Positions 11,680 to 25,900 of a DNA stretch of 64,000 bases are shown here, piece after piece (position 1 is the first letter of the stretch; each line of letters begins with the position of its first letter). The stretch is from Eledone cirrhosa (Eukaryota), in assembly GCA_964016885.1 (NCBI GenBank), contig OZ024744.1, forward strand, positions 1,178,001 through 1,242,000, read 5' to 3'. Position numbers and translations under genes: made by a program. The notes beneath the pieces are model-generated. The model saw only the letters and a list, made by a program, of their open reading frames with translations. It was not told the origin of the DNA and searched no databases.

Positions 11680-14600
11680 GGAAGACAAGGTAGAGAAAGA
11701 TAGCTTGGTGAAGAACGAAGTTTTGAGGGAAGACAAGGTAGAGAAAGATAGTTGGTGAAGAACGAAGTTTTGAGGGAAGACAAGGTAGAGAAAGATAGCT
11801 TGGTGAAGAACGAAGTTTTGGGGGAAGACAAAGTAGAGAAAGATAGCTTGGTGAAGAACGAAGTTTTGAGGGAAGACAAGGTAGAGAAAGATAGCTTGGT
11901 GAAGAACGAAGTTTTGGGGTAAGACAAGGTAGAGAAAGATAGCTTGGTGAAGAACGAAGTTTTGAGGGAAGACAAGGTATAGAAAGAGAGCTTGATGAAG
12001 AACGAAGTTTTGAGGGAAGACAAGGTAGAGAAAGATAGCTTGATGAAGTACGAAATATTGGGGGAAGACAAGGTAGAGAAAGATAGCTTGGTGAAGAACG
12101 AAGTTTTGAGGGAAGACAAGGTAGAGAAAGATAGCTTGATGAAGAAAGAAGTTTTGAGGGAAGACAAGGTAGAAAAAGATAACTTGGTGAAGAACGAAGT
12201 TTTGAGGGAAGACAAAGTAGAGAAAGATAGCTTGGTGAAGAACGAAGTTTTGGGGGAAGACAATGTTGAGAAAGATAGCTTGATGAAGAACGAAGTTTTG
12301 GGGGAAGACAAGGTAGAGAAAGATAGCTTGGTGAAGAACGAAGTTTTGTGGGAAGACAAGGTAGAGAAAGATAGCTTGGTGAAGAACGAAGTTTTGGGGG
12401 AAGACAAGGTAGAGAAAGATAGCTTGGTGAAGAACGAAGTTTTGAGGGAAGACAAGGTAGAGAAAGATAGTTGGTGAAGAACGAAGTTTTGAGGGAAGAC
12501 AAGGTAGAGAAAGATAGCTTGGTGAAGAACGACGTTTTGAGGGAAGACAAGGTAGAGAAAGATAGCTTGGTGAAGAACAAAGTTTTGGGGGAAGACAAGG
12601 TAGAGAAAGATAGCTTGATGAAGTACGAAGTTTTGGGGGAAGACAAGGTAGAGAAAGATAGCTTGTTGAGGAACGACGTTTTGTGGGAAGACAAGGTAGA
12701 GAAACATAGTTGGTGAAGAACGAAGTTTTGAGGGAAGACAAGGTAGAGAAAGATAGCTTGGTGAAGAACGAAGTTTTGAGGGAAGACAAGGTAGAGAAAG
12801 ATAGCTTGATGAAGAACGAAGTTTTGAGGGAAGACAAGGTAGAGAAAGATAGCTTGATGAAGTACGAAGTTTTGGGGGAAGACAAGGTAGAGAAAGATAG
12901 CTTGGTGAAGAACGAAGTTTTGAGGGAAGACAAGGTAGAGAAAGATAGCTTGATGAAGAACGAAGTTTTGAGGGAAGACAAGGTAGAGAAAGATAGCTTG
13001 GTGAAGAACGAAGTTTTGAGGGAAGACAAAGTAGAGAAAGATAGCTTGGTGAAGAACGAAGTTTTGGGGGAAGACAATGTAGAGAAAGATAGCTTGATGA
13101 AGAACGAAGTTTTGGGAGAAGACAAGGTAGAGAAAGATAGCTTGGTGAAGAACGAAGTTTTGAGGGAAGACAAGGTAGAGAAAGATAGCTCGGTGAAGAA
13201 CGAAGTTTTGGGGGAAGACAAGGTAGAGAAAGATAGCTTGGTGAAGAACGAAGTTTTCAGGGAAGACAAGGTAGAGAAAGATAGCTTGGTGAAGAACGAA
13301 GTTTTGAGGGAAGACAAGGTAGAGAAAGATAGTTGGTGAAGAACGAAGTTTTGAGGGAAGACAAGGTAGAGAAAGATAGCTTGGTGAAGAACGAGGTTTT
13401 GAGGGAAGACAAGGTAGAGAAAGATAGCTTGGTGAAGAACGAAGTTTTGGGGGAAGACAAGGTAGAGAAAGATAGCTTGGTGAAGAACGAAGTTTTGAGG
13501 GAATACAAGGTAGAGAAAGATAGCTTGGTGAAGAACGAAGTTTTAAGGGAAGACAAGGTAGAGAAAGATAGCTTGGTGAAGAACGAAGTTTTGGGGGAAG
13601 ACAAGGTAGAGAAAGATAGCTTGGTGAAGAACGAAGTTTTGAGGGAAGACAAGGTAGAGAAAGAGAGCTTGGTGAAGAACGAAGTTTTGGGGGAAGACAA
13701 GGTAGAGAAAGATAGCTTGGTGAAGAACGAAGTTTTGAGGGAAGACAAGGTAGAGAAAGATAGCTTGGTGAAGAACGAAGTTTTGGGGGAAGACTAGGTA
13801 GAGAAAGATAGCTTGGTGAAGAACGAATTTTGGGGGAAGACAAGGTAGAGAACGATAGCTTGGTGAAGAACGAAGTTTTGAGGGAAGACAAGGTAGAGAA
13901 AGATAGCTTGGTGAAGAACGAAGTTTTGAGGGAAGTCAAGGTAGAGAAAGATAGCTTGGTGAAGAACGAAGTTTTGAGGGAAGACGAGGTAGAGAAACAT
14001 AGTTGGTGAAGAACGAAGTTTTGAGGGAAGACAAGGTAGAGAAAGATAGCTTGGTGAAGAACGAAGTTTTGAGGGAAGACAAGGTAGAGAAAGATAGCTT
14101 GATGAAGAACGAAGTTTTGAGGGAAGACAAGGTAGAGAAAGATAGCTTGGTGAAGAACGAGGTTTTGAGGGAAGACAAGGTAGAGAAAGATAGCTTGATG
14201 AAGAACGAAGTTTTGAGGGAAGACACGGTAGAGAAAGATAGCTTGGTGAAGAACGAAGTTTTGAGGGAAGACAAAGTAGAGAAAGATAGCTTGGTGAAGA
14301 ACGAAGTTTTGGGGGAAGACAATGTAGAGAAAGATAGCTTGATGAAGAACGAAGTTTTGGGAGAAGACAAGGTAGAGAAAGATAGCTTGGTGAAGAACGA
14401 AGTTTTGAGGGAAGACAAGGTAGAGAAAGATAGCTCGGTGAAGAACGAAGTTTTGGGGGAAGACAAGGTAGAGAAAGATAGCTTGGTGAAGAACGAAGTT
14501 TTCAGGGAAGACAAGGTAGAGAAAGATAGCTTGGTGAAGAACGAAGTTTTGAGGGAAGACAAGGTAGAGAAAGATAGTTGGTGAAGAACGAAGTTTTGAG

Positions 14601-17600
14601 GGAAGACAAGGTAGAGAAAGATAGCTTGGTGAAGAACGACGTTTTGAGGGAAGACAAGGTAGAGAAAGATAGCTTGGTGAAGAACGACGTTTTGGGGGAA
14701 GAAAATGTAGAGAACGATAGCTTGGTGAAGAACGACGTTTTGAGGGAAGACAAGGTAGAGATAGATAGCTTGGTGAAGAACGAAGTTTTGAGGGAAGGCA
14801 AAGTAGAGAAAGATAGCTTGGTGAAGAACGAAGTTTTGGAGGAAGACAATGTTGAGAAAGATAGCTTGATGAAGAACGAAGTTTTGGGGGAAGACAAGGT
14901 AGAGAAAGATAGCTTGATGAAGTACGAAGTGTTGGGGGAAGACAAGGTAGAGAAAGATAGCTTGGTGAAGAACGACGTTTTGTGGGAAGACAAGGTAGAG
15001 AAATATAGTTGGTGAAGAACGAAGTTTTGAGGCAAGACAAGGTAGAGAAAGATAGCTTGGTGAAGAACGAAGTTTTGAGGGAAGACAAGGTAGAGAAAGA
15101 TAGCTTGGTGAAGAACGAAGTTTTGGGGGAAGACAAAGTAGAGAAAGATAGCTTGGTGAAGAACGAAGTTTTGAGGGAAGACAAGGTAGAGAAAGATAGC
15201 TTGGTGAAGAACGAAGTTTTGGGGTAAGACAAGGTAGAGAAAGATAGCTTGGTGAAGAACGAAGTTTTGAGGGAAGACATGGTATAGAAAGAGAGCTTGA
15301 TGAAGAACGAAGTTTTGAGGGAAGACAAGGTAGAGAAAGATAGCTTGATGAAGTACGAAATATTGGGGGAAGACAAGGTAGAGAAAGATAGCTTGGTGAA
15401 GAACTAAGTTTTGAGGGAAGACAAGGTAGAGAAAGATAGCTTGATGAAGAAAGAAGTTTTGAGGGAAGACAAGGTAGAGAAAGATAACTTGGTGAAGAAC
15501 GAAGTTTTGAGGGGAAACAAAGTAGAGAAAGATAGCTTGGTGAAGAACGAGGTTTTGGGGGAAGACAATGTTGAGAAAGATAGCTTGATGAAGAACGAAG
15601 TTTTGGGGGAAGACAAGGTAGAGAAAGATAGCTTGGTGAAGAACGAAGTTTTGTGGGAAGACAAGGTAGAGAAAGATAGCTTGGTGAAGAACGAAGTTTT
15701 GGGGGAAGACAAAGTAGAGAAAGATAGCTTGGTGAAGAACGAAGTTTTGAGGGAAGACAAGGTAGAGAAAGATAGCTTGGTGAAGAACGAAGTTTTGGGG
15801 TAAGACAAGGTAGAGAAAGATAGCTTGGTGAAGAACGAAGTTTTGAGGGAAGACAAGGTATAGAAAGAGAGCTTGATGAAGAACGAAGTTTTGAGGGAAG
15901 ACGAGGTAGAGAAAGATAGCTTGATGAAGTACGAAATATTGGGGGAAGACAAGGTAGAGAAAGATAGCTTGGTGAAGAACGAAGTTTTGAGGGAAGACAA
16001 GGTAGAGAAAGATAGCTTGATGAAGAAAGAAGTTTTGAGGGAAGACAAGGTAGAGAAAGATAACTTGGTGAAGAACGAAGTTTTGAGGGAAGACAAAGTA
16101 GAGAAAGATAGCTTGGTGAAGAACGAAGTTTTGGGGGAAGACAATGTTGAGAAAGATAGCTTGATGAAGAACGAAGTTTTGGGGGAAGACAAGGTAGAGA
16201 AAGATAGCTTGGTGAAGAACGAAGTTTTGTGGGAAGACAAGGTAGAGAAAGATAGCTTGGTGAAGAACGAAGTTTTGGGGGAAGACAAGGTAGAGAAAGA
16301 TGGCTTGGTGAAGAACGAAGTTTTGAGGGAAGACAAGGTAGAGAAAGATAGCTTGGTGAAGAACGAAGTTTTGAGGGAAGACAAGGTAGAGAAAGATAGT
16401 TGGTGAAGAACGAAGTTTTGAGGGAAGACAAGGTAGAGAAAGATAGCTTGGTGAAGAACGAAGTTTTGAGGGAAGACAAGGTAGAGAAAGATAGTTGGTG
16501 AAGAACGAAGTTTTGAGGGAAGACAAGGTAGAGAAAGATAGCTTGGTGAAGAACGAAGTTTTGGGGGAAGACAAAGTAGAGAAAGATAGCTTGGTGAAGA
16601 ACGAAGTTTTGAGGGAAGACAAGGTAGAGAAAGATAGCTTGGTGAAGAACGAAGTTTTGGGGTAAGACAAGGTAGAGAAAGATAGCTTGGTGAAGAACGA
16701 AGTTTTGAGGGAAGACAAGGTATAGAAAGAGAGCTTGATGAAGAACGAAGTTTTGAGGGAAGACAAGGTAGAGAAAGATAGCTTGATGAAGTACGAAATA
16801 TTGGGGGAAGACAAGGTAGAGAAAGATAGCTTGGTGAAGAACGAAGTTTTGAGGGAAGACAAGGTAGAGAAAGATAGCTTGATGAAGAAAGAAGTTTTGA
16901 GGGAAGACAAGGTAGAAAAAGATAACTTGGTGAAGAACGAAGTTTTGAGGGAAGACAAAGTAGAGAAAGATAGCTTGGTGAAGAACGAAGTTTTGGGGGA
17001 AGACAATGTTGAGAAAGATAGCTTGATGAAGAACGAAGTTTTGGGGGAAGACAAGGTAGAGAAAGATAGCTTGGTGAAGAACGAAGTTTTGTGGGAAGAC
17101 AAGGTAGAGAAAGATAGCTTGGTGAAGAACGAAGTTTTGGGGGAAGACAAGGTAGAGAAAGATAGCTTGGTGAAGAACGAAGTTTTGAGGGAAGACAAGG
17201 TAGAGAAAGATAGTTGGTGAAGAACGAAGTTTTGAGGGAAGACAAGGTAGAGAAAGATAGCTTGGTGAAGAACGACGTTTTGAGGGAAGACAAGGTAGAG
17301 AAAGATAGCTTGGTGAAGAACAAAGTTTTGGGGGAAGACAAGGTAGAGAAAGATAGCTTGATGAAGTACGAAGTTTTGGGGGAAGACAAGGTAGAGAAAG
17401 ATAGCTTGTTGAGGAACGACGTTTTGTGGGAAGACAAGGTAGAGAAACATAGTTGGTGAAGAACGAAGTTTTGAGGGAAGACAAGGTAGAGAAAGATAGC
17501 TTGGTGAAGAACGAAGTTTTGAGGGAAGACAAGGTAGAGAAAGATAGCTTGATGAAGAACGAAGTTTTGAGGGAAGACAAGGTAGAGAAAGATAGCTTGA

Positions 17601-20600
17601 TGAAGTACGAAGTTTTGGGGGAAGACAAGGTAGAGAAAGATAGCTTGGTGAAGAACGAAGTTTTGAGGGAAGACAAGGTAGAGAAAGATAGCTTGATGAA
17701 GAACGAAGTTTTGAGGGAAGACAAGGTAGAGAAAGATAGCTTGGTGAAGAACGAAGTTTTGAGGGAAGACAAAGTAGAGAAAGATAGCTTGGTGAAGAAC
17801 GAAGTTTTGGGGGAAGACAATGTAGAGAAAGATAGCTTGATGAAGAACGAAGTTTTGGGAGAAGACAAGGTAGAGAAAGATAGCTTGGTGAAGAACGAAG
17901 TTTTGAGGGAAGACAAGGTAGAGAAAGATAGCTCGGTGAAGAACGAAGTTTTGGGGGAAGACAAGGTAGAGAAAGATAGCTTGGTGAAGAACGAAGTTTT
18001 CAGGGAAGACAAGGTAGAGAAAGATAGCTTGGTGAAGAACGAAGTTTTGAGGGAAGACAAGGTAGAGAAAGATAGTTGGTGAAGAACGAAGTTTTGAGGG
18101 AAGACAAGGTAGAGAAAGATAGCTTGGTGAAGAACGAGGTTTTGAGGGAAGACAAGGTAGAGAAAGATAGCTTGGTGAAGAACGAAGTTTTGGGGGAAGA
18201 CAAGGTAGAGAAAGATAGCTTGGTGAAGAACGAAGTTTTGAGGGAATACAAGGTAGAGAAAGATAGCTTGGTGAAGAACGAAGTTTTAAGGGAAGACAAG
18301 GTAGAGAAAGATAGCTTGGTGAAGAACGAAGTTTTGGGGGAAGACAAGGTAGAGAAAGATAGCTTGGTGAAGAACGAAGTTTTGAGGGAAGACAAGGTAG
18401 AGAAAGAGAGCTTGGTGAAGAACGAAGTTTTGGGGGAAGACAAGGTAGAGAAAGATAGCTTGGTGAAGAACGAAGTTTTGAGGGAAGACAAGGTAGAGAA
18501 AGATAGCTTGGTGAAGAACGAAGTTTTGGGGGAAGACAAGGTAGAGAAAGATAGCTTGGTGAAGAACGAATTTTGGGGGAAGACAAGGTAGAGAACGATA
18601 GCTTGGTGAAGAACGAAGTTTTGAGGGAAGACAAGGTAGAGAAAGATAGCTTGGTGAAGAACGAAGTTTTGAGGGAAGTCAAGGTAGAGAAAGATAGCTT
18701 GGTGAAGAACGAAGTTTTGAGGGAAGACGAGGTAGAGAAACATAGTTGGTGAAGAACGAAGTTTTGAGGGAAGACAAGGTAGAGAAAGATAGCTTGGTGA
18801 AGAACGAAGTTTTGAGGGAAGACAAGGTAGAGAAAGATAGCTTGATGAAGAACGAAGTTTTGAGGGAAGACAAGGTAGAGAAAGATAGCTTGGTGAAGAA
18901 CGAGGTTTTGAGGGAAGACAAGGTAGAGAAAGATAGCTTGATGAAGAACGAAGTTTTGAGGGAAGACACGGTAGAGAAAGATAGCTTGGTGAAGAACGAA
19001 GTTTTGAGGGAAGACAAAGTAGAGAAAGATAGCTTGGTGAAGAACGAAGTTTTGGGGGAAGACAATGTAGAGAAAGATAGCTTGATGAAGAACGAAGTTT
19101 TGGGAGAAGACAAGGTAGAGAAAGATAGCTTGGTGAAGAACGAAGTTTTGAGGGAAGACAAGGTAGAGAAAGATAGCTCGGTGAAGAACGAAGTTTTGGG
19201 GGAAGACAAGGTAGAGAAAGATAGCTTGGTGAAGAACGAAGTTTTCAGGGAAGACAAGGTAGAGAAAGATAGCTTGGTGAAGAACGAAGTTTTGAGGGAA
19301 GACAAGGTAGAGAAAGATAGTTGGTGAAGAACGAAGTTTTGAGGGAAGACAAGGTAGAGAAAGATAGCTTGGTGAAGAACGACGTTTTGAGGGAAGACAA
19401 GGTAGAGAAAGATAGCTTGGTGAAGAACGACGTTTTGGGGGAAGAAAATGTAGAGAACGATAGCTTGGTGAAGAACGACGTTTTGAGGGAAGACAAGGTA
19501 GAGATAGATAGCTTGGTGAAGAACGAAGTTTTGAGGGAAGGCAAAGTAGAGAAAGATAGCTTGGTGAAGAACGAAGTTTTGGAGGAAGACAATGTTGAGA
19601 AAGATAGCTTGATGAAGAACGAAGTTTTGGGGGAAGACAAGGTAGAGAAAGATAGCTTGATGAAGTACGAAGTGTTGGGGGAAGACAAGGTAGAGAAAGA
19701 TAGCTTGGTGAAGAACGACGTTTTGTGGGAAGACAAGGTAGAGAAATATAGTTGGTGAAGAACGAAGTTTTGAGGCAAGACAAGGTAGAGAAAGATAGCT
19801 TGGTGAAGAACGAAGTTTTGAGGGAAGACAAGGTAGAGAAAGATAGCTTGGTGAAGAACGAAGTTTTGGGGGAAGACAAAGTAGAGAAAGATAGCTTGGT
19901 GAAGAACGAAGTTTTGAGGGAAGACAAGGTAGAGAAAGATAGCTTGGTGAAGAACGAAGTTTTGGGGTAAGACAAGGTAGAGAAAGATAGCTTGGTGAAG
20001 AACGAAGTTTTGAGGGAAGACATGGTATAGAAAGAGAGCTTGATGAAGAACGAAGTTTTGAGGGAAGACAAGGTAGAGAAAGATAGCTTGATGAAGTACG
20101 AAATATTGGGGGAAGACAAGGTAGAGAAAGATAGCTTGGTGAAGAACTAAGTTTTGAGGGAAGACAAGGTAGAGAAAGATAGCTTGATGAAGAAAGAAGT
20201 TTTGAGGGAAGACAAGGTAGAGAAAGATAACTTGGTGAAGAACGAAGTTTTGAGGGGAAACAAAGTAGAGAAAGATAGCTTGGTGAAGAACGAGGTTTTG
20301 GGGGAAGACAATGTTGAGAAAGATAGCTTGATGAAGAACGAAGTTTTGGGGGAAGACAAGGTAGAGAAAGATAGCTTGGTGAAGAACGAAGTTTTGTGGG
20401 AAGACAAGGTAGAGAAAGATAGCTTGGTGAAGAACGAAGTTTTGGGGGAAGACAAAGTAGAGAAAGATAGCTTGGTGAAGAACGAAGTTTTGAGGGAAGA
20501 CAAGGTAGAGAAAGATAGCTTGGTGAAGAACGAAGTTTTGGGGTAAGACAAGGTAGAGAAAGATAGCTTGGTGAAGAACGAAGTTTTGAGGGAAGACAAG

Positions 20601-21166
20601 GTATAGAAAGAGAGCTTGATGAAGAACGAAGTTTTGAGGGAAGACGAGGTAGAGAAAGATAGCTTGATGAAGTACGAAATATTGGGGGAAGACAAGGTAG
20701 AGAAAGATAGCTTGGTGAAGAACGAAGTTTTGAGGGAAGACAAGGTAGAGAAAGATAGCTTGATGAAGAAAGAAGTTTTGAGGGAAGACAAGGTAGAGAA
20801 AGATAACTTGGTGAAGAACGAAGTTTTGAGGGAAGACAAAGTAGAGAAAGATAGCTTGGTGAAGAACGAAGTTTTGGGGGAAGACAATGTTGAGAAAGAT
20901 AGCTTGATGAAGAACGAAGTTTTGGGGGAAGACAAGGTAGAGAAAGATAGCTTGGTGAAGAACGAAGTTTTGTGGGAAGACAAGGTAGAGAAAGATAGCT
21001 TGGTGAAGAACGAAGTTTTGGGGGAAGACAAGGTAGAGAAAGATGGCTTGGTGAAGAACGAAGTTTTGAGGGAAGACAAGGTAGAGAAAGATAGCTTGGT
21101 GAAGAACGAAGTTTTGAGGGAAGACAAGGTAGAGAAAGATAGTTGGTGAAGAACGAAGTTTTGAGG
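11680..21166. repeat. Tandem block duplication, period 4743 bp (99 monomers, 9 of them 47 bp), 2 near-identical copies
   Basis: Constant offset of 4743 at 11992/16735, 12471/17214, 12710/17453, 13333/18076, 14003/18746, 14578/19321, 15009/19752, 15411/20154 and 15873/20616. Shared private variants: TTTTAAGGGA (~13541/18284), GACATGGTATAG (~15276/20019), GAACTAAG (~15401/20144), GATGGC (~16299/21042). 99x48-9=4743. Confidence 0.93.
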
Positions 21167-22914
21167 GAAGACAAGGTAGAGAAAGATAGCTTGGTGAAGA
21201 ACGACGTTTTGAGGGAAGACAAGGTAGAGAAAGATAGCTTGGTGAAGAACAAAGTTTTGGGGGAAGACAAGGTAGAGAAAGATAGCTTGATGAAGTACGA
21301 AGTTTTGGGGGAAGACAAGGTAGAGAAAGATAGCTTGTTGAGGAACGACGTTTTGTGGGAAGACAAGGTAGAGAAACATAGTTGGTGAAGAACGAAGTTT
21401 TGAGGGAAGACAAGGTAGAGAAAGATAGCTTGGTGAAGAACGAAGTTTTGAGGGAAGACAAGGTAGAGAAAGATAGCTTGATGAAGAACGAAGTTTTGAG
21501 GGAAGACAAGGTAGAGAAAGATAGCTTGATGAAGTACGAAGTTTTGGGGGAAGACAAGGTAGAGAAAGATAGCTTGGTGAAAAACGAAGTTTTGAGGGAA
21601 GACAAGGTAGAGAAAGATAGCTTGATGAAGAACGAAGTTTTGAGGGAAGACAAGGTAGAGAAAGATAGCTTGGTGAAGAACGAAGTTTTGAGGGAAGACA
21701 AAGTAGAGAAAGATAGCTTGGTGAAGAACGAAGTTTTGGGGGAAGACAATGTAGAGAAAGATAGCTTGATGAAGAACGAAGTTTTGGGAGAAGACAAGGT
21801 AGAGAAAGATAGCTTGGTGAAGAACGAAGTTTTGAGGGAAGACAAGGTAGAGAAAGATAGCTCGGTGAAGAACGAAGTTTTGGGGGAAGACAAGGTAGAG
21901 AAAGATAGCTTGGTGAAGAACGAAGTTTTCAGGGAAGACAAGGTAGAGAAAGATAGCTTGGTGAAGAACGAAGTTTTGAGGGAAGACAAGGTAGAGAAAG
22001 ATAGTTGGTGAAGAACGAAGTTTTGAGGGAAGACAAGGTAGAGAAAGATAGCTTGGTGAAGAACGACGTTTTGAGGGAAGACAAGGTAGAGAAAGATAGC
22101 TTGGTGAAGAACGACGTTTTGCGGGAAGAAAAGGTAGAGAAAGATAACTTGGTGAAGAACAAAGTTTTGGGGGAAGACAAGGTAGAGAAAGATAGCTTGG
22201 TGAAGAACGAAGTATTGAGGGAAGACTCGGTAGAGAAAGATAGCTTGGTGAAGAACGACGTTTTGAGGGAAGACAAGGTAGAGAAAGATAGCTTGGTGAA
22301 GAACGAGGTTTTGAGGGAAGACAAGGTAGAGAAAGATAGCTTGGTGAAGAACGAAGTTTTGGGGGAAGACAAGGTAGAGAAAGATAGCTTGGTGAAGAAC
22401 GAAGTTTTGAGGGAATACAAGGTAGAGAAAGATAGCTTGGTGAAGAACGAAGTTTTGAGGGAAGACAAGGTAGAGAAAGATAGCTTGGTGAAGAACGAAG
22501 TTTTGGGGGAAGACAAGGTAGAGAAAGATAGCTTGGTGAAGAACGAAGTTTTGAGGGAAGACAAGGTAGAGAAAGAGAGCTTGGTGAAGAACGAAGTTTT
22601 GGGGGAAGACAAGGTAGAGAAAGATAGCTTGGTGAAGAACGAAGTTTTGAGGGAAGACAAGGTAGAGAAAGATAGCTTGGTGAAGAACGAAGTTTTGGGG
22701 GAAGACAAGGTAGAGAAAGATAGCTTGGTGAAGAACGAATTTTGGGGGAAGACAAGGTAGAGAACGATAGCTTGGTGAAGAACGAAGTTTTGAGGGAAGA
22801 CAAGGTAGAGAAAGATAGCTTGGTGAAGAACGAAGTTTTGAGGGAAGTCAAGGTAGAGAAAGATAGCTTGGTGAAGAACGACGTTTTGAGGGAAGACGAG
22901 GTAGAGAAACATAG

Positions 22915-25900
22915 TTGGTGAAGAACGAAGTTTTGAGGGAAGACAAGGTAGAGAAAGATAGCTTGGTGAAGAACGAAGTTTTGAGGGAAGACAAGGTAGA
23001 GAAAGATAGCTTGATGAAGAACGAAGTTTTGAGGGAAGACAAGGTAGAGAAAGATAGCTTGGTGAAGAACGAAGTTTTGAGGGAAGACAAGGTAGAGAAA
23101 GATAGCTTGATGAAGAACGAAGTTTTGAGGGAAGACACGGTAGAGAAAGATAGCTTGGTGAAGAACGAAGTTTTGAGGGAAGACAAAGTAGAGAAAGATA
23201 GCTTGGTGAAGAACGAAGTTTTGGGGGAAGACAATGTAGAGAAAGATAGCTTGATGAAGAACGAAGTTTTGGGAGAAGACAAGGTAGAGAAAGATAGCTT
23301 GGTGAAGAACGAAGTTTTGAGGGAAGACAAGGTAGAGAAAGATAGCTCGGTGAAGAACGAAGTTTTGGGGGAAGACAAGGTAGAGAAAGATAGCTTGGTG
23401 AAGAACGAAGTTTTCAGGGAAGACAAGGTAGAGAAAGATAGCTTGGTGAAGAACGAAGTTTTGAGGGAAGACAAGGTAGAGAAAGATAGTTGGTGAAGAA
23501 CGAAGTTTTGAGGGAAGACAAGGTAGAGAAAGATAGCTTGGTGAAGAACGACGTTTTGAGGGAAGACAAGGTAGAGAAAGATAGCTTGGTGAAGAACGAC
23601 GTTTTGGGGGAAGAAAATGTAGAGAACGATAGCTTGGTGAAGAACGACGTTTTGAGGGAAGACAAGGTAGAGATAGATAGCTTGGTGAAGAACGAAGTTT
23701 TGAGGGAAGGCAAAGTAGAGAAAGATAGCTTGGTGAAGAACGAAGTTTTGGAGGAAGACAATGTTGAGAAAGATAGCTTGATGAAGAACGAAGTTTTGGG
23801 GGAAGACAAGGTAGAGAAACATAGCTTGATGAAGTACGAAGTGTTGGGGGAAGACAAGGTAGAGAAAGATAGCTTGGTGAAGAACGACGTTTTGTGGGAA
23901 GACAAGGTAGAGAAATATAGTTGGTGAAGAACGAAGTTTTGAGGCAAGACAAGGTAGAGAAAGATAGCTTGGTGAAGAACGAAGTTTTGAGGGAAGACAA
24001 GGTAGAGAAAGATAGGTTGGTGAAGAACGAAGTTTTGGGGGAAGACAAGGTAGAGAAAGATAGCTTGGTGAAGAACGAAGTTTTGAGGGAAGACAAGGTA
24101 GAGAAAGATAGCTTGGTGAAGAACGAAGTTTTGAGGGAAGACAAGGTAGAGAAAGATAGTTGGTGAAGAACGAAGTTTTGAGGGAAGACAAGGTAGAGAA
24201 AGATAGCTTGGTGAAGAACGACGTTTTGAGGGAAGACAAGGTAGAGAAAGATAGCTTGGTGAAGAACAAAGTTTTGGGGGAAGACAAGGTAGAGAAAGAT
24301 AGCTTGATGAAGTACGAAGTTTTGGGGGAAGACAAGGTAGAGAAAGATAGCTTGTTGAGGAACGACGTTTTGTGGGAAGACAAGGTAGAGAAACATAGTT
24401 GGTGAAGAACGAAGTTTTGAGGGAAGACAAGGTAGAGAAAGATAGCTTGGTGAAGAACGAAGTTTTGAGGGAAGACAAGGTAGAGAAAGATAGCTTGATG
24501 AAGAACGAAGTTTTGAGGGAAGACAAGGTAGAGAAAGATAGCTTGATGAAGTACGAAGTTTTGGGGGAAGACAAGGTAGAGAAAGATAGCTTGGTGAAGA
24601 ACGAAGTTTTGAGGGAAGACAAGGTAGAGAAAGATAGCTTGATGAAGAACGAAGTTTTGAGGGAAGACAAGGTAGAGAAAGATAGCTTGGTGAAGAACGA
24701 AGTTTTGAGGGAAGACAAAGTAGAGAAAGATAGCTTGGTGAAGAACGAAGTTTTGGGAGAAGACAAGGTAGAGAAAGATAGCTTGGTGAAGAACGAAGTT
24801 TTGAGGGAAGACAAGGTAGAGAAAGATAGCTCGGTGAAGAACGAAGTTTTGGGGGAAGACAAGGTAGAGAAAGATAGCTTGGTGAAGAACGAAGTTTTCA
24901 GGGAAGACAAGGTAGAGAAAGATAGCTTGGTGAAGAACGAAGTTTTGAGGGAAGGCAAGGTAGAGAAAGATAGTTGGTGAAGAACGAAGTTTTGAGGGAA
25001 GACAAGGTAGAGAAAGATAGCTTGGTGAAGAACGACGTTTTGAGGGAAGACAAGGTAGAGAAAGATAGCTTGGTGAAGAACGACGTTTTGGGGGAAGAAA
25101 AGGTAGAGAAAGATAACTTGGTGAAGAACAAAATTTTGGGGGAAGACAAGGTAGAGAAAGATAGCTTGGTGAAGAACGAAGTATTGAGGGAAGACTCGGT
25201 AGAGAAAGATAGCTTGGTGAAGAACGACGTTTTGAGGGAAGACAAGGTAGAGAAAGATAGCTTGGTGAAGAACGAGGTTTTGAGGGAAGACAAGGTAGAG
25301 AAAGATAGCTTGGTGAAGAACGAAGTTTTGGGGGAAGACAAGGTAGAGAAAGATAGCTTGGTGAAGAACGAAGTTTTGAGGGAATACAAGGTAGAGAAAG
25401 ATAGCTTGGTGAAGAACGAAGTTTTGAGGGAAGACAAGGTAGAGAAAGATAGCTTGGTGAAGAACGAAGTTTTGGGGGAAGACAAGGTAGAGAAAGATAG
25501 CTTGGTGAAGAACGAAGTTTTGAGGGAAGACAAGGTAGAGAAAGAGAGCTTGGTGAAGAACGAAGTTTTGGGGGAAGACAAGGTAGAGAAAGATAGCTTG
25601 GTGAAGAACGAAGTTTTGAGGGAAGACAAGGTAGAGAAAGATAGCTTGGTGAAGAACGAAGTTTTGGGGGAAGACAAGGTAGAGAAAGATAGCTTGGTGA
25701 AGAACGACGTTTTGAGGGAAGACGAGGTAGAGAAACATAGTTGGTGAAGAACGAAGTTTTGAGGGAAGACAAGGTAGAGAAAGATAGCTTGGTGAAGAAC
25801 GAAGTTTTGAGGGAAGACAAGGTAGAGAAAGATAGCTTGGTGAAGAACGACGTTTTGAGGGAAGACGAGGTAGAGAAACATAGTTGGTGAAGAACGAAGT

